Translations under genes and position numbers: made by a program
In this document: piece after piece, positions 1 to 10,038 of the stretch
Position numbering within the stretch: position 1 is the stretch's first letter
Layout: each line of letters opens with the position of its first letter
Notes under the pieces: generated by a model
Told to the model about the DNA's origin: nothing
Seen by the model: only the letters and a program-made list of their open reading frames with translations
Database searches by the model: none
IMG/VR virus record: IMGVR_UViG_3300028591_000142
Coordinates: 1-64,000 of that record
From: a virus
Lineage: Duplodnaviria; Caudoviricetes
Reading direction: 5' to 3' (one strand)
Length of the DNA: 64,000 nucleotides

Positions 1-160
1 CGTTCACGTTCGGGCGTTCGGTTACGTGTTTACACCCTTTTAGTGAACGGGTTTTCGTTCACGTTTCGGGCGTTCACGTTCGGGCGTTCGGTTACGTGTT
101 TACACCCTTTTAGTGAACGGGTTTTCGTTCACGTTTCGGGCGTTCACGTTCGGGCGTTCG
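1..160. repeat. 70-bp tandem repeat (2 full copies plus a partial, probably continuing left of the window)
   Basis: 1-70 is identical to 71-140, and 141-160 is a partial third copy. Each unit contains the hairpin gtgaacg-ggtttt-cgttcac. Confidence 0.95.
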
Positions 161-336
161 TTACCACCCTTTTACCCTTTTAGCATATGGGATAAACCCA
201 TAGTTAAGCAAATCTTTTCTCTCAGGCTGAAAAAATTATCTAACTTGTCGGTTACTGAACAAAGGTTTGTTTTGCTATGAGTTTATCTCATAAGACCATA
301 GTTGAAAAACTAAAAAATCAAAGGAGGTACAAAACT

Positions 337-1086
337 ATGGCAGCAAAAAAGGTAAAATCTTTGAAGGAAATCAGAGGGACTGCGGAAAGTCTTGTCAAGG
401 CTTACAATGAGGCGGTTCTCAATGGAGATTTCCAGAAAGCACACGAGTTGGACGAACCTATCACTCAGGCTGTGAATGAATACACTCACGAGCGTAGAGT
501 GGCTACTTTTGAAAAACTCGCAAATACCAAAGACCCTATGCTTGAGGCTGTCAAAATGCTTACATTTGACACCATTAGGGTAAGAGAAACAAAGACAGAG
601 GACGAAAAAAAGGTTCCCGTAAAGGTTATCGAGGATACTACGAGACCTATTGACCTTATTGCCCTCAATAAGTTTGTTGCAGGTGGTATCGGCAAGGACG
701 CTAATTGGCTGCATATGGTACAGAAATTCAATTTCTTCCTTACAGCCCAGAAATGTGTTGACCTCGGCATAAATCCGAAAACGGTTAACGACAGTTATTC
801 AATGTCCGAAATCGCAAAAGAAATTGATATGGGTAAAACACCCACGTCAAACACGAACCTGCTTAAAACTTTGCAGTCCGTTATCACCGCTATGATAGGT
901 GAAGAGTATAAGGCGACCTCTCACGACCGCAATTATCTCACATCTATCTATAGCAAGAAAAAGAAACAGGCTTTGACCGTTGCTTGTGCAAATCACAGAT
1001 ATTTAACACAGTATATCGCCGAGATTTGCCACCGTATTGTAACCGATAAGGGTTATTCGGTTGAATACAAGCAGATTAAGAAATAA
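337..1086 (+). CDS. hypothetical phage protein (Lys-rich)
   Basis: Long ORF; RBS aaggagg precedes the ATG at 337. Confidence 0.8.
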   Translation: MAAKKVKSLKEIRGTAESLVKAYNEAVLNGDFQKAHELDEPITQAVNEYTHERRVATFEKLANTKDPMLEAVKMLTFDTIRVRETKTEDEKKVPVKVIEDTTRPIDLIALNKFVAGGIGKDANWLHMVQKFNFFLTAQKCVDLGINPKTVNDSYSMSEIAKEIDMGKTPTSNTNLLKTLQSVITAMIGEEYKATSHDRNYLTSIYSKKKKQALTVACANHRYLTQYIAEICHRIVTDKGYSVEYKQIKK

Positions 1087-1137
1087 GGCAGGGTTTTTCG
1101 CAAAATATCAGGCTATGCAATAGCATAGGCGGTTCCC

Positions 1138-1488
1138 GATAAACCTATATAGAGCAAACCTTGTGGGTTTTCCATAAGGTTTGTTCCATTATGGGCTTAT
1201 CTCATACGGCAACTTTGTCCGATATTTCAAAGTCGTCATCAATAAGATAGTGAATTTATTGAGGTTTATCTGTTTAGACTAAAACGGTTTGGTTTTTATG
1301 CTGGGTTTCCCATAATAAAAACGGCTGGGTTTTATCTGTTCCCATAAAAAATAGGTTGCGGTTTTGATATCTCACGCCCAAGGGCGAACATACTCTCAGG
1401 AGTTAGGGGTATCTCATAAACCTATATCGAGCAGACCTTAACACTTTACTATGTAGGGTTTTTAAGGTCTGTTTTATTATGGGTTTAT
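1138..1488 (+). repeat. two related long hairpins (1138-1201 and 1416-1488)
   Basis: Both read ataaacctatat-x-gagca(a/g)acctt...aaggt(t/c)tgtt...attatggg(c/t)ttat, with a compensatory a/g vs t/c change. Confidence 0.7.
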
Positions 1489-1527
1489 ACCATTATATTT
1501 TAATAGAAACAATTTGGAGGGTTTTCT

Positions 1528-3094
1528 ATGAGTTATCAGGATTTTTGTAATCGTATGCACGACCTTGCAAAGCAGGGAAAAGCAAAAGTAATTTGCGGTA
1601 TTGATAAAGACCGTGGGGAATATTATGCGGTTTTTGACCAAAGCAAAACGGTTGTCCGTATGGCTTTTGGTTCTTTGAAAATGACGGTAAATTACGGTTC
1701 TGGGCATTGTGCTCAGGTTGCGGTATAAGAGGGTTTTTGAGTATGAACGAATATGAAATTTACTACATTGATAAGTTATCAAACGAGGGTATTAGAACCA
1801 CGGAATCTGGTAACACAATTGTGGATGCGTTACTGAATTTTTGGAAAGAACCGGATATGGTTTATTACAAGGAAAAAGACATAGAAATCACGGAAATAAA
1901 AAAGGTTGATGACAAATACTATTATAATACACAAACCGGGGAAATCACGGAAAATCACGACGAGGCTATGGAATGGTATCGTTCGGGAATTGAGGTGGAA
2001 ATCTGGCGTAATGGTAAACGGGTTTTGTCGTGGGTTTACTGAAGTATAGGCGAGGTTTTTGATATGGAAATTAAGGATTTATTAAAACTATATCATTCTC
2101 ACAAAGGAAATTGTTGCCGTTGCGGATGCGAGCTTTACGATAACGCAGGTTTTGGTCTTGGCTCGGTTTTCGTCCTTGACTATGACGGGAATTTTTACTG
2201 TGCAAATTGCGACGGTGATTTTATAGACAACGACGACCGCATATTTGAGGCGGAATTTTACGAATAAAAGAAGGGTTTTATACTATGAGTGAAATGGAAT
2301 TTTACGGCATCATAAAGATGCTGGTTTATCTTGGGCTTTTGTTGTTGGGTTTAGCACTCGGCGACGGGATTTTTGAATTCACCTACGACCACTCGGAGTG
2401 GTTTAGGAATAAAGTTAATAAATGGTACGAGGGTTTACCAAAGTACGACGACGAATATGACGAGGAGGGGTTTTGATGGGTAAATCAAACATAAGATTAT
2501 CGCCAAAGTATGGGCTTAATCCCACCATACCGATTTGCTTTTGGTGTGGGGAAAGCAAAGACGAAATCGCTTGTCTTGGGCGTATAGGGAACGCCAGAAA
2601 AGGCGAGGATTTTGAAGCACCAAAATATTCGGTAATTGATTTTGAACCTTGCGAGAAATGCAAGGAAGGTATGGCACTTGGGTTTTCTGTATTTGAAGCA
2701 ACCGAAGAACCTAATGAGTTTTGTGATAGGGAAATACAGCCGGGTGTTTATCCTACGGGTAGAATGTTCGTTATTAAAAACGAAGTTGCCGACAAGGTTT
2801 TCCCGAAATCTGATAGGGTTTACGCCTCTCCGTTTACATATGATACCGAAGGGGCTTATGTGTGCCCAAAGATTTTCAATAGTTTTTTACCGAAAGGGTG
2901 TGATTTAGATGAGTAAATCAGAGGATTTTTCTTATGTAATCGGCGAGGGTTATTACGAAGTAACCTTCTATGCACCCAACGGGTGTAGGATAACTCGGTG
3001 TTTTGAGAATTATCACAAAGCAAGGGTTTTTATCCTGAAATTAAAACATAGTAAAAGATGTACCTTCGTTTCCAGCGCAGGGATTATTGTGTAA
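1528..3094 (+). CDS. cluster of small early hypothetical ORFs (1528-1728, 1743-2042, 2064-2267, 2285-2476, 2473-2916, 2909-3094)
   Basis: Tightly packed co-oriented ORFs with RBSs; several carry CxxC zinc-ribbon motifs. Confidence 0.7.
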
Positions 3095-3109
3095 AAAGCG
3101 AGGTATGGT

Positions 3110-3739
3110 ATGACAGAGTCAATAATAGCAACGCTTTTAGAGATATTAAAACAAAATGACGACATAACAATCAGCACTTATAGTAATGAATCTGTAAATT
3201 TTGTTATAAATAGGTTTTTAACTATATGGGATGAATATGCGGCAGGACGCATCATTTTTAACCCAAACTCTCATATCTATCAAGAGGAATACGGAGTTGG
3301 CAAGGTAATTATGTATAAGTTTTTAAGGGCGGTTTTTATCGACAGAGTATTAAACATAAAGGTTTCTGCTGGGTTTTACATAAATATAAACCCCGATGGA
3401 ACGCAATACTCGTTTGGTATATGTCCCAAAAGTCTTACTCAAAGTATTCTTTGTCCTGAATACGAAGATTATCTTCCACATCCGAACACATATTATCACG
3501 ACTTAGGAAGTGACTTTTGGGTAATATCCCGTTCTTTGAAAGACAGGAATTATAAACTCTCGATTTCTTTTATGTCGGAATTTGTGTCAGCATTACAGGT
3601 TTCGGATGCCGTTTTGTTTCAAAGATTTTTGCGTGATTTGTTTGTAGACAAAAAAGAACTACGGTGTGTGGTTCTGCCAACGGGGGAATCAATGACAGCA
3701 TTAGAAGCAATAGATTGGTTATCTGTGCATCGTACTTGA
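3110..3739 (+). CDS. paralog of the C-terminal E2-like domain of 5834-7291, lacking the putative catalytic Cys
   Basis: YKFLRAVFIDR vs YRFLKAVFLDR; HPNTYYHDLG vs NPHLYHFHCMG; RFLRDLF..LRCVVLPTG vs RFAGDLF..LECIELPDG. Confidence 0.75.
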   Translation: MTESIIATLLEILKQNDDITISTYSNESVNFVINRFLTIWDEYAAGRIIFNPNSHIYQEEYGVGKVIMYKFLRAVFIDRVLNIKVSAGFYININPDGTQYSFGICPKSLTQSILCPEYEDYLPHPNTYYHDLGSDFWVISRSLKDRNYKLSISFMSEFVSALQVSDAVLFQRFLRDLFVDKKELRCVVLPTGESMTALEAIDWLSVHRT

Positions 3740-3753
3740 GGGGAGTAAAACAT

Positions 3754-3975
3754 ATGAACTGGAAAATAAACAACGACGACTACCAATTTAATTTAACAGC
3801 AGGGGAATTAGAAGCCGTCCTTGAAGCAAGGGTTAAGGGTTCTAAAACAACCTTAAAAGAGATTTTCGAGAAAGGCAAAAACGAGGGTTTTTGGAACGGC
3901 TTTTGGGTCGGAACTCTTGTGTCTGGTTTCCTTGCTGTTTTCATATCATTTCTTTTTTACTTATTTTCAAAATAA
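3754..3975 (+). CDS. small membrane protein
   Basis: RBS gaggggag; C-terminal hydrophobic helix. Confidence 0.7.
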   Translation: MNWKINNDDYQFNLTAGELEAVLEARVKGSKTTLKEIFEKGKNEGFWNGFWVGTLVSGFLAVFISFLFYLFSK

Positions 3976-4270
3976 CAACCCCTCGGGTTTACCGAGCGCC
4001 GTTTGCAAGGAACGGGTTGTTAATATATCTATTGAGTTTTCATAGAGACCTCCAAAAAATATTTTCTCGGCGGTTCCTTGCATAGTAAAGAGTTTTTCAT
4101 TTTTTCATCCTTCTTAATATAGTCGGTTTTCCGACAGCGAGGTTCGATTTATGGGTTCTTTGCTCCATTTCAAACCCGTAATGGCACGGTACGATTCCGT
4201 GGGGTATCAAGTTTCTTGCTAAAGCCAACTTGATACCTAACGCTCAGAAATTTATAAAGGGGGTTTGTTT

Positions 4271-4849
4271 ATGACAAACATTTTAATCCAACCCGAAGGG
4301 GCTTGGGATTATTTCGAAAGGTTTTTGAAACCAGACGAGATGATTTTGATTGCAGAAAGACCTGAATATGGTATTCAGATTTTTATGAGCGAACTTAATA
4401 GCAGACCGTTAATCACGGTTTTGGAAGATGATTTTGTAGTTTATGAAGAAGAAGTCGTTAGCGAAAGCGACCTTATTGAAACAATAAATGAGGTGTTTGA
4501 CGACTTTCTAACATCAAGGATTTTTGAAACTCTTGCGGAAATTGACGGAGATGTGCCGGAAACAAAAGACGAACCGCCTATGGATGACGAGGCGGCTTAC
4601 CAACAGTTTGAAATTGACACAAGAGAGGAAGAACTTGATGACGCGGTTATTGAGTTTCTTGTTGTCGCCGCTGATTACATAAATGTATCAACGAGGGAGA
4701 ACAAGAAAATGATAAGGGATATCAAAGAGGCTTTTCTTAAATACCTATATGAGAAACATAACCTCGAAATATACAGACCAATGTTTTTAATAGACGATAA
4801 AACAGGAGAGGAATTTTTTGAGGAATATCCCTACGAATGTTTTATATAA
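4271..4849 (+). CDS. acidic hypothetical protein
   Basis: ORF with RBS; Glu/Asp rich. Confidence 0.75.
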   Translation: MTNILIQPEGAWDYFERFLKPDEMILIAERPEYGIQIFMSELNSRPLITVLEDDFVVYEEEVVSESDLIETINEVFDDFLTSRIFETLAEIDGDVPETKDEPPMDDEAAYQQFEIDTREEELDDAVIEFLVVAADYINVSTRENKKMIRDIKEAFLKYLYEKHNLEIYRPMFLIDDKTGEEFFEEYPYECFI

Positions 4850-4982
4850 CTATAACCCCTCTAAAATATTTGCCCGCCGCCGAAATTGGTATTCGGTGAC
4901 GGGTTGTCCGCAATGGCTCAACCTCCACGTGGTGCGGATGGGTAACGCTAATAGAGTACATTAATAAGGAGGGTTTTTGTAT

Positions 4983-5378
4983 ATGGCAAAAATCACAATT
5001 GCTGGTAACGCAGCAGTAATCACTTCATCAATCAAAATGGAGGACTTAAAGACAGCGAAGAAGTATCGCCCCGAGGCTCTTGTACTGAAGGGCGGGGAAG
5101 ACGGCAAAGAGCCTATCTTTGCGGTTGATGTTGCTTGTCAGGGTTCTCTGAACCAGTACGGTATCACATTTGACAGCGTAGCAAACGACGATAGCGGAAA
5201 CGCTTCAGTAACAATCGCTATTGCTAACAAGGGTGATGATGTTAAGGAAGCGTTTGCTGACGCCGCAGGTGTTGCAATCAACAACCTTAACAAAGTCGAA
5301 GCTCAGCTTCTTCTTGCTCTTGAGGAAATTGATGCTGATAAGGCTGCGGTTATGGAGAGCATTACTGTAATCGCTTAA
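4983..5378 (+). CDS. hypothetical protein upstream of the Ubl
   Basis: RBS aaggagg; followed by the hairpin gaggctgc-gaaa-gcagcctc. Confidence 0.8.
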   Translation: MAKITIAGNAAVITSSIKMEDLKTAKKYRPEALVLKGGEDGKEPIFAVDVACQGSLNQYGITFDSVANDDSGNASVTIAIANKGDDVKEAFADAAGVAINNLNKVEAQLLLALEEIDADKAAVMESITVIA

Positions 5379-5454
5379 TCGGCATTACGTAACGAGGCTG
5401 CGAAAGCAGCCTCACAAATCTACTAAAATATTTTTTTAACAAAGGAGAGTCATT

Positions 5455-5682
5455 ATGATTAGAGTCACAGTAGGTAATAACGTAAAGAGAGAGGTAGTTA
5501 TTGTTCCTGAGAACACTACACTTCGCACAGTTCTTGAAGATAACGGTATTGATTACACAAGAGGTATGCTTCAGCTTGATAGCAGCCCGCTTGCACCCGG
5601 CGACCTTGATAAGAGTTTTGCAGATTTCGGTATTGCTGATAAGTGCTTCCTTATCAATGTTGTAAAGGCTGACAACGCCTAA
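5455..5682 (+). CDS. ubiquitin-like (beta-grasp) protein, C-terminus VVKADNA
   Basis: 75 aa with the beta-grasp pattern IRVTVG..EVVIVPENTTLRTVLE..LDSSPL..DLDKSFADFGI; lies in an operon with E2-like, JAB and E1 genes. Confidence 0.75.
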   Translation: MIRVTVGNNVKREVVIVPENTTLRTVLEDNGIDYTRGMLQLDSSPLAPGDLDKSFADFGIADKCFLINVVKADNA

Positions 5683-5720
5683 ATCTTCCAAGCCCGTCGC
5701 TCGTCGGCGGGCTTTACTAT

Positions 5721-5804
5721 GGGAGATTGGCGGAATGGGCAGACGCACAAGACTTAAAATCTTGTAAAGGGAACTTTGTGAGGGTTCAAGTCCCTCATCT
5801 CCCA
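5721..5804 (+). tRNA. tRNA-Leu(TAA)
   Basis: Acceptor gggagat/atctccc; D loop tggcggaatgggcagacgc; anticodon arm caaga-ctTAAaa-tcttg; long variable arm; T loop ttcaagt. Confidence 0.93.
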
Positions 5805-5833
5805 TTTCACTATTTTAAAGGAGGTTTTTGTGA

Positions 5834-7291
5834 ATGTTTAGGCAGACAGTTTGTGAGACTGGCTTGACCTCGGGAATTGCTAATGAGTATTTTCAAAGCA
5901 TCAATGGCGTAAATTATGACGGCGATAATTCATTTGTCGCTACGCTGAGGGCTTTACTTGCCAATAGAATTGGTGACGGGTATTTAAATTATAGATTATC
6001 AAGACATAACGCAAGTTATTCTGATTTATCAAAAATGTCCGTTAATACCGTTAGAGGTTTCTTTAGCGGGGAAGAGTCGGCGATAGCGGATTGTTCAAAT
6101 ACAATCTCATTATATGAAATCAGTAATATGACTTCGGAGGGTAAAGAATTATTTACCAAGAAATTTGCTCAGGCGTTTCCGGGATACGAAAGGTTGGAAA
6201 AGGTTACTGACTTTTTCCAGAATGCGTTTTTCGTATTATGTTTTATTAACCCGGAACTTAAGAGTGTCATTCTTATCACAGAACAACTTGGTTATCAGAA
6301 ATATCACTACTTACAGTGTGCAACAGTCGCATTTTTCCCGTGGTATTTTTCAGCAAGCGAGGGTATATCTGAAGATGAGATGGCTCTTATTAGTTCGCTT
6401 AGAGAAAAAACGGACGAAAAATATCTGAGCGCTATTGCAAAAATTGCAGAACAGTATAATTTCCGAGAGATATTTATTAAGTCAAAACTTTTGGGTTTTG
6501 AAAATAGATTTGCGGATTATGAAATAAGACGCTCAACAAATGATATTGAACGATTCGAAGCTGATATCGAAAATTATTACCGTTCAATAAGCGATAGATT
6601 ATCACGAATAAACGAACTTAATATAAGAATACTCGGACTTCAGGCAAAGAAGGCTGGTAATTCTGATGATTCAGAATTAATGGAATATTTCTTATCAAAT
6701 AAAAACTTGGTTCTTCAGGACGTAAGCGAGAGTGAGTTATCCTTCTGTGTAAATGGATATCTTTCTGCTTGGGACGAAGAAGCCGCTGAAACATACATAA
6801 ACAACCGTAGTTCTATATGGTATATGACACGCGAGTCCTTTACAGAAAAACAAATATATAGGTTTTTGAAAGCAGTTTTCTTAGACAGAAAATTCAAAAT
6901 CAGAACTTGTTCGGCATTTATATTTGACACACAAAGAGCAAGTGTTACTGCTCGTTCTGGATATGATTTTTCTCATATACAAGAGTGTAAGCAAAGTATT
7001 GCCAATCCGCATCTTTATCATTTCCATTGTATGGGTGACAATGAGAGGATTTGTGTAGAGGCTTTAAGAAATCAGGATTATATATTTGCGTTTGAACAGG
7101 TAATAGCATCAAATGCAAGTTTGAATTTCCACGACAGCCCAGTTACAACAAGGTTTGCTGGCGATTTATTCCGTTCAAGACGTACACTCGAATGTATTGA
7201 ACTTCCGGACGGAAATATCGTAAGTGTAGCACGAGCTATTGAAATACTTGATAACGAAGAAAGGACTGAGGAAAATGGCGAAGATAATTAA
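5834..7291 (+). CDS. coiled-coil protein with a C-terminal prokaryotic E2-like domain
   Basis: Central coiled coil; the motif NPHLYHFHCMG resembles the E2 HPN...C active site; operon context between Ubl and JAB. Confidence 0.6.
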   Translation: MFRQTVCETGLTSGIANEYFQSINGVNYDGDNSFVATLRALLANRIGDGYLNYRLSRHNASYSDLSKMSVNTVRGFFSGEESAIADCSNTISLYEISNMTSEGKELFTKKFAQAFPGYERLEKVTDFFQNAFFVLCFINPELKSVILITEQLGYQKYHYLQCATVAFFPWYFSASEGISEDEMALISSLREKTDEKYLSAIAKIAEQYNFREIFIKSKLLGFENRFADYEIRRSTNDIERFEADIENYYRSISDRLSRINELNIRILGLQAKKAGNSDDSELMEYFLSNKNLVLQDVSESELSFCVNGYLSAWDEEAAETYINNRSSIWYMTRESFTEKQIYRFLKAVFLDRKFKIRTCSAFIFDTQRASVTARSGYDFSHIQECKQSIANPHLYHFHCMGDNERICVEALRNQDYIFAFEQVIASNASLNFHDSPVTTRFAGDLFRSRRTLECIELPDGNIVSVARAIEILDNEERTEENGEDN

Positions 7292-8126
7292 ATTAACCGA
7301 CGAGTATAAAGGCGACATCCTTGATAAATTCAAAAAATTTATCGAGGAAATAAAAATGGCAGACGGTAAAATAAACTTCACCGATACATTTTCGTTGCCA
7401 GAACGGAAAGCAACTTTGCTTTTTTCCGAAAAAGCCTGGATTAAAATGCATCGTCTCGTATCCCATTTCGATAAAGAGGTTGCGTGGCACGGAACCGCAA
7501 GACGAGGTGAGGATGGAAAAGATGAATATATTATTGATGATATTTTCGTCTATCCGCAGGAAGTTACCGGTGCAACCGTAAATACAGACCAAAAGGAATA
7601 TCAGGAGTGGCTTTATGGTCTTGAGGATAATGTATTCAACAACCTTCGTATGCAAGGTCATTCCCACGTCAATATGGGAACAACCCCGAGTGGCGTTGAT
7701 ATTACACATCAGGAAAAAATTATTGAACAACTCGACGACAGTATGTTCTATATTTTCTTGATATGGAATAAAAAAGACGAAAGAACAATCAAAATATATG
7801 ATTTTGCAAAAAATGTTTTGTTTGAAACAGCAGATGTTAATATCGTGGTTCTTGAAGAAGATATAGGAATTATATCGTTCATTGAAGACGCAGACGATAT
7901 GGTAAAAACAAAAACATATACGAGTTCATACGGAAAACAGGACGAAAAGAAAAGTACAACACCGTCAAGTTCTTCAAAAGATAACAAAGATAGCAAAGAG
8001 CTTGAGTTATATGAGGGCGGAAAACGCAAAGGGCGTCGCCGCGAAGAAGATGATGAACTTTCAGAGTATGAAAAAATGTATAAATACGGGAGCGGTTTTA
8101 ATAGCGGTTATCCGTTTGATTATTAA
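7275..8126 (+). CDS. JAB/JAMM (MPN+) metallo-isopeptidase
   Basis: EVAW...QGHSHVNMGTTPSGVD matches the E-x(n)-HxH-x7-S-x2-D JAMM motif. Confidence 0.88.
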   Translation: MAKIIKLTDEYKGDILDKFKKFIEEIKMADGKINFTDTFSLPERKATLLFSEKAWIKMHRLVSHFDKEVAWHGTARRGEDGKDEYIIDDIFVYPQEVTGATVNTDQKEYQEWLYGLEDNVFNNLRMQGHSHVNMGTTPSGVDITHQEKIIEQLDDSMFYIFLIWNKKDERTIKIYDFAKNVLFETADVNIVVLEEDIGIISFIEDADDMVKTKTYTSSYGKQDEKKSTTPSSSSKDNKDSKELELYEGGKRKGRRREEDDELSEYEKMYKYGSGFNSGYPFDY

Positions 8127-8144
8127 TAAAAAGGGGAGATACAT

Positions 8145-8684
8145 ATGACAAGACAGGAATATTATGAGCAGACCGAAACTCTCTGCGATATTATTGAAGT
8201 AGCCAGCGAGTATGGTCACTGGGCTGAATCAATTGTGAACGAAGACAACTATTATAGTTGTGTTAATTCCGACCTCTACGATATGGTCACAGATGGTGGC
8301 TATGACTGGGAAGAAGTCAGAGAGTATCTTGACAACATTCCTACGGGTTATGAACTCTATACTTGTGACGGATGGCTCTGTTATGAACCCGTAAATATGA
8401 CCGTTGAGGAAATCAGAGACGACCTTTTTGACTATCTCTGGGAAAATGGTTATATCGACGAGGAAGACGAAGAAAATGAAGATTCTCCAATTGATATTGA
8501 TTATGATGAAGAACTTGAAGACGTTCTTTATGATGATGCTTGTGATTTCAGTGCGGGTGAAACCATCTCGATTGATGTGCTGATGGTTGCTGCTCACGCA
8601 GAATTTCAGGAAATACAGACAAAACGTGAAAAAGAACAGAAGAAACTTAATGAGGCTTTCCAGGTTTTAACACTTGGTGAATAA
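8145..8684 (+). CDS. highly acidic hypothetical protein
   Basis: ORF with RBS inside the Ubl operon; very Asp/Glu rich. Confidence 0.75.
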   Translation: MTRQEYYEQTETLCDIIEVASEYGHWAESIVNEDNYYSCVNSDLYDMVTDGGYDWEEVREYLDNIPTGYELYTCDGWLCYEPVNMTVEEIRDDLFDYLWENGYIDEEDEENEDSPIDIDYDEELEDVLYDDACDFSAGETISIDVLMVAAHAEFQEIQTKREKEQKKLNEAFQVLTLGE

Positions 8685-8698
8685 CGGGGGTAAATATA

Positions 8699-9370
8699 AT
8701 GAATTTAAGCAAATCTTATGATTTTTTTCAGCCGGATAAAGACACATCTATGATACACATAGTAGGGTGTGGTTCGGTCGGTTCAACGCTTGCGGAAAAT
8801 CTTGCAAGATGTGGAGTAACAAGGTTTACCCTTTGGGATTTTGATACAGTAGAACCTCACAATATTGTTAATCAGATGTTTACTCAAAAAGATGTCGGCA
8901 AAACAAAGGTCGAGGCTCTTCGCGATATCATTATTGAGATAAATCCTGATGCAACAGAAACAATTAAGCTTAAACCCGAGGGTTGGAAGGGCGAAATAAT
9001 GTCCGGGTATATCTTCCTTGCGGTAGATAGTATTGAGATACGCAAGGAAATTGTTGAGAAACACTTAACAAGTTCATTCGTTAAGGCAATCCTTGACTTC
9101 AGAACCCTTCTCGAAGGCGCACAGCATTATGCCGCTGACTGGTCTGTCTATAAAGATAGACAAAACTTGTTGAAAACTATGCAGTTTTCACACGAAGAAG
9201 CCGCAGAAGAAACCCCTGTATCGGCTTGTGGTGTAACGCTTGGAGTCGCAACAACCGTAAGATTGATTTGCGCACTTGGCGTAAACAATTATATAAACTT
9301 TGTAAAAGGTAATGGACTGTGGAAGTTTGTTCAGATAGACGGTTTCCACGGTATTCTTGATTGTTTTTAA
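8699..9370 (+). CDS. ThiF/MoeB/E1 family adenylyltransferase
   Basis: IHIVGCGSVGS nucleotide-binding loop; WDFDTVEPHNIVNQ; candidate catalytic Cys in PVSACG. Confidence 0.92.
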   Translation: MNLSKSYDFFQPDKDTSMIHIVGCGSVGSTLAENLARCGVTRFTLWDFDTVEPHNIVNQMFTQKDVGKTKVEALRDIIIEINPDATETIKLKPEGWKGEIMSGYIFLAVDSIEIRKEIVEKHLTSSFVKAILDFRTLLEGAQHYAADWSVYKDRQNLLKTMQFSHEEAAEETPVSACGVTLGVATTVRLICALGVNNYINFVKGNGLWKFVQIDGFHGILDCF

Positions 9371-9373
9371 GGA

Positions 9374-10013
9374 GTGATTACTATGTCATTAACGGTATCT
9401 CAAAACGCAAACGAGAACGATATCTTGAATGGTATGGTTGCAGACAGGCTCGCCGAAGACTGGAATATATTTGTAAAAGAACGGACGTTTCAATATATTC
9501 GTGGGGCGGATATGAAAGACTGGAATTTTGTACGTCTTTCATATGAAATCACAATAAAAAATGAAATTGCGGAAATGTTCTTAGATGAAAGAATTGTTTT
9601 ATCCAACGAAGAATGTGTGTTCTTGTTAGACAAGGACAACATACTTGATTTTTTGTATCAAGGTTGGTTGGATTCTGATTTTTCGATACAAGATGTTCTC
9701 CGCGATTGCATTAAAGACACAATACAGTTATTTGTTTGTAATAAAAACGAGGGTATTGAAAATGGATGATATGAATACAATTTTTACACGAGATGAAGCC
9801 GCTAATATAGTGGAAAAGTTCGAAGAAGTGTTAATTGAAAACAATATCTGTGTACCAAGTCCAGAAGATGATGAAAGAGAGCCCGATGATATGATTGGGC
9901 TTTACGGAACAGTCTATTTTGGACTCGTAGATTACGTCGAATCCAAGATAAAAGATATCCTTGAAAGATATAAGAATGGTGAAGATGTGGTCACTGAAAT
10001 GTTTTATTATTGA
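9374..10013 (+). CDS. two hypothetical ORFs (9374-9769; 9762-10013)
   Basis: Coupled ORFs with RBSs. Confidence 0.65.
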
Positions 10014-10038
10014 TGTTAATATTTTTAACATAAATTAA

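Noticed and set aside
1-160. CRISPR array
   Set aside because: The units are fully identical with no unique spacers, and there is no cas operon.
5362-5805. 147-aa minus-strand ORF
   Set aside because: It is the antisense shadow of the Ubl gene and tRNA-Leu.
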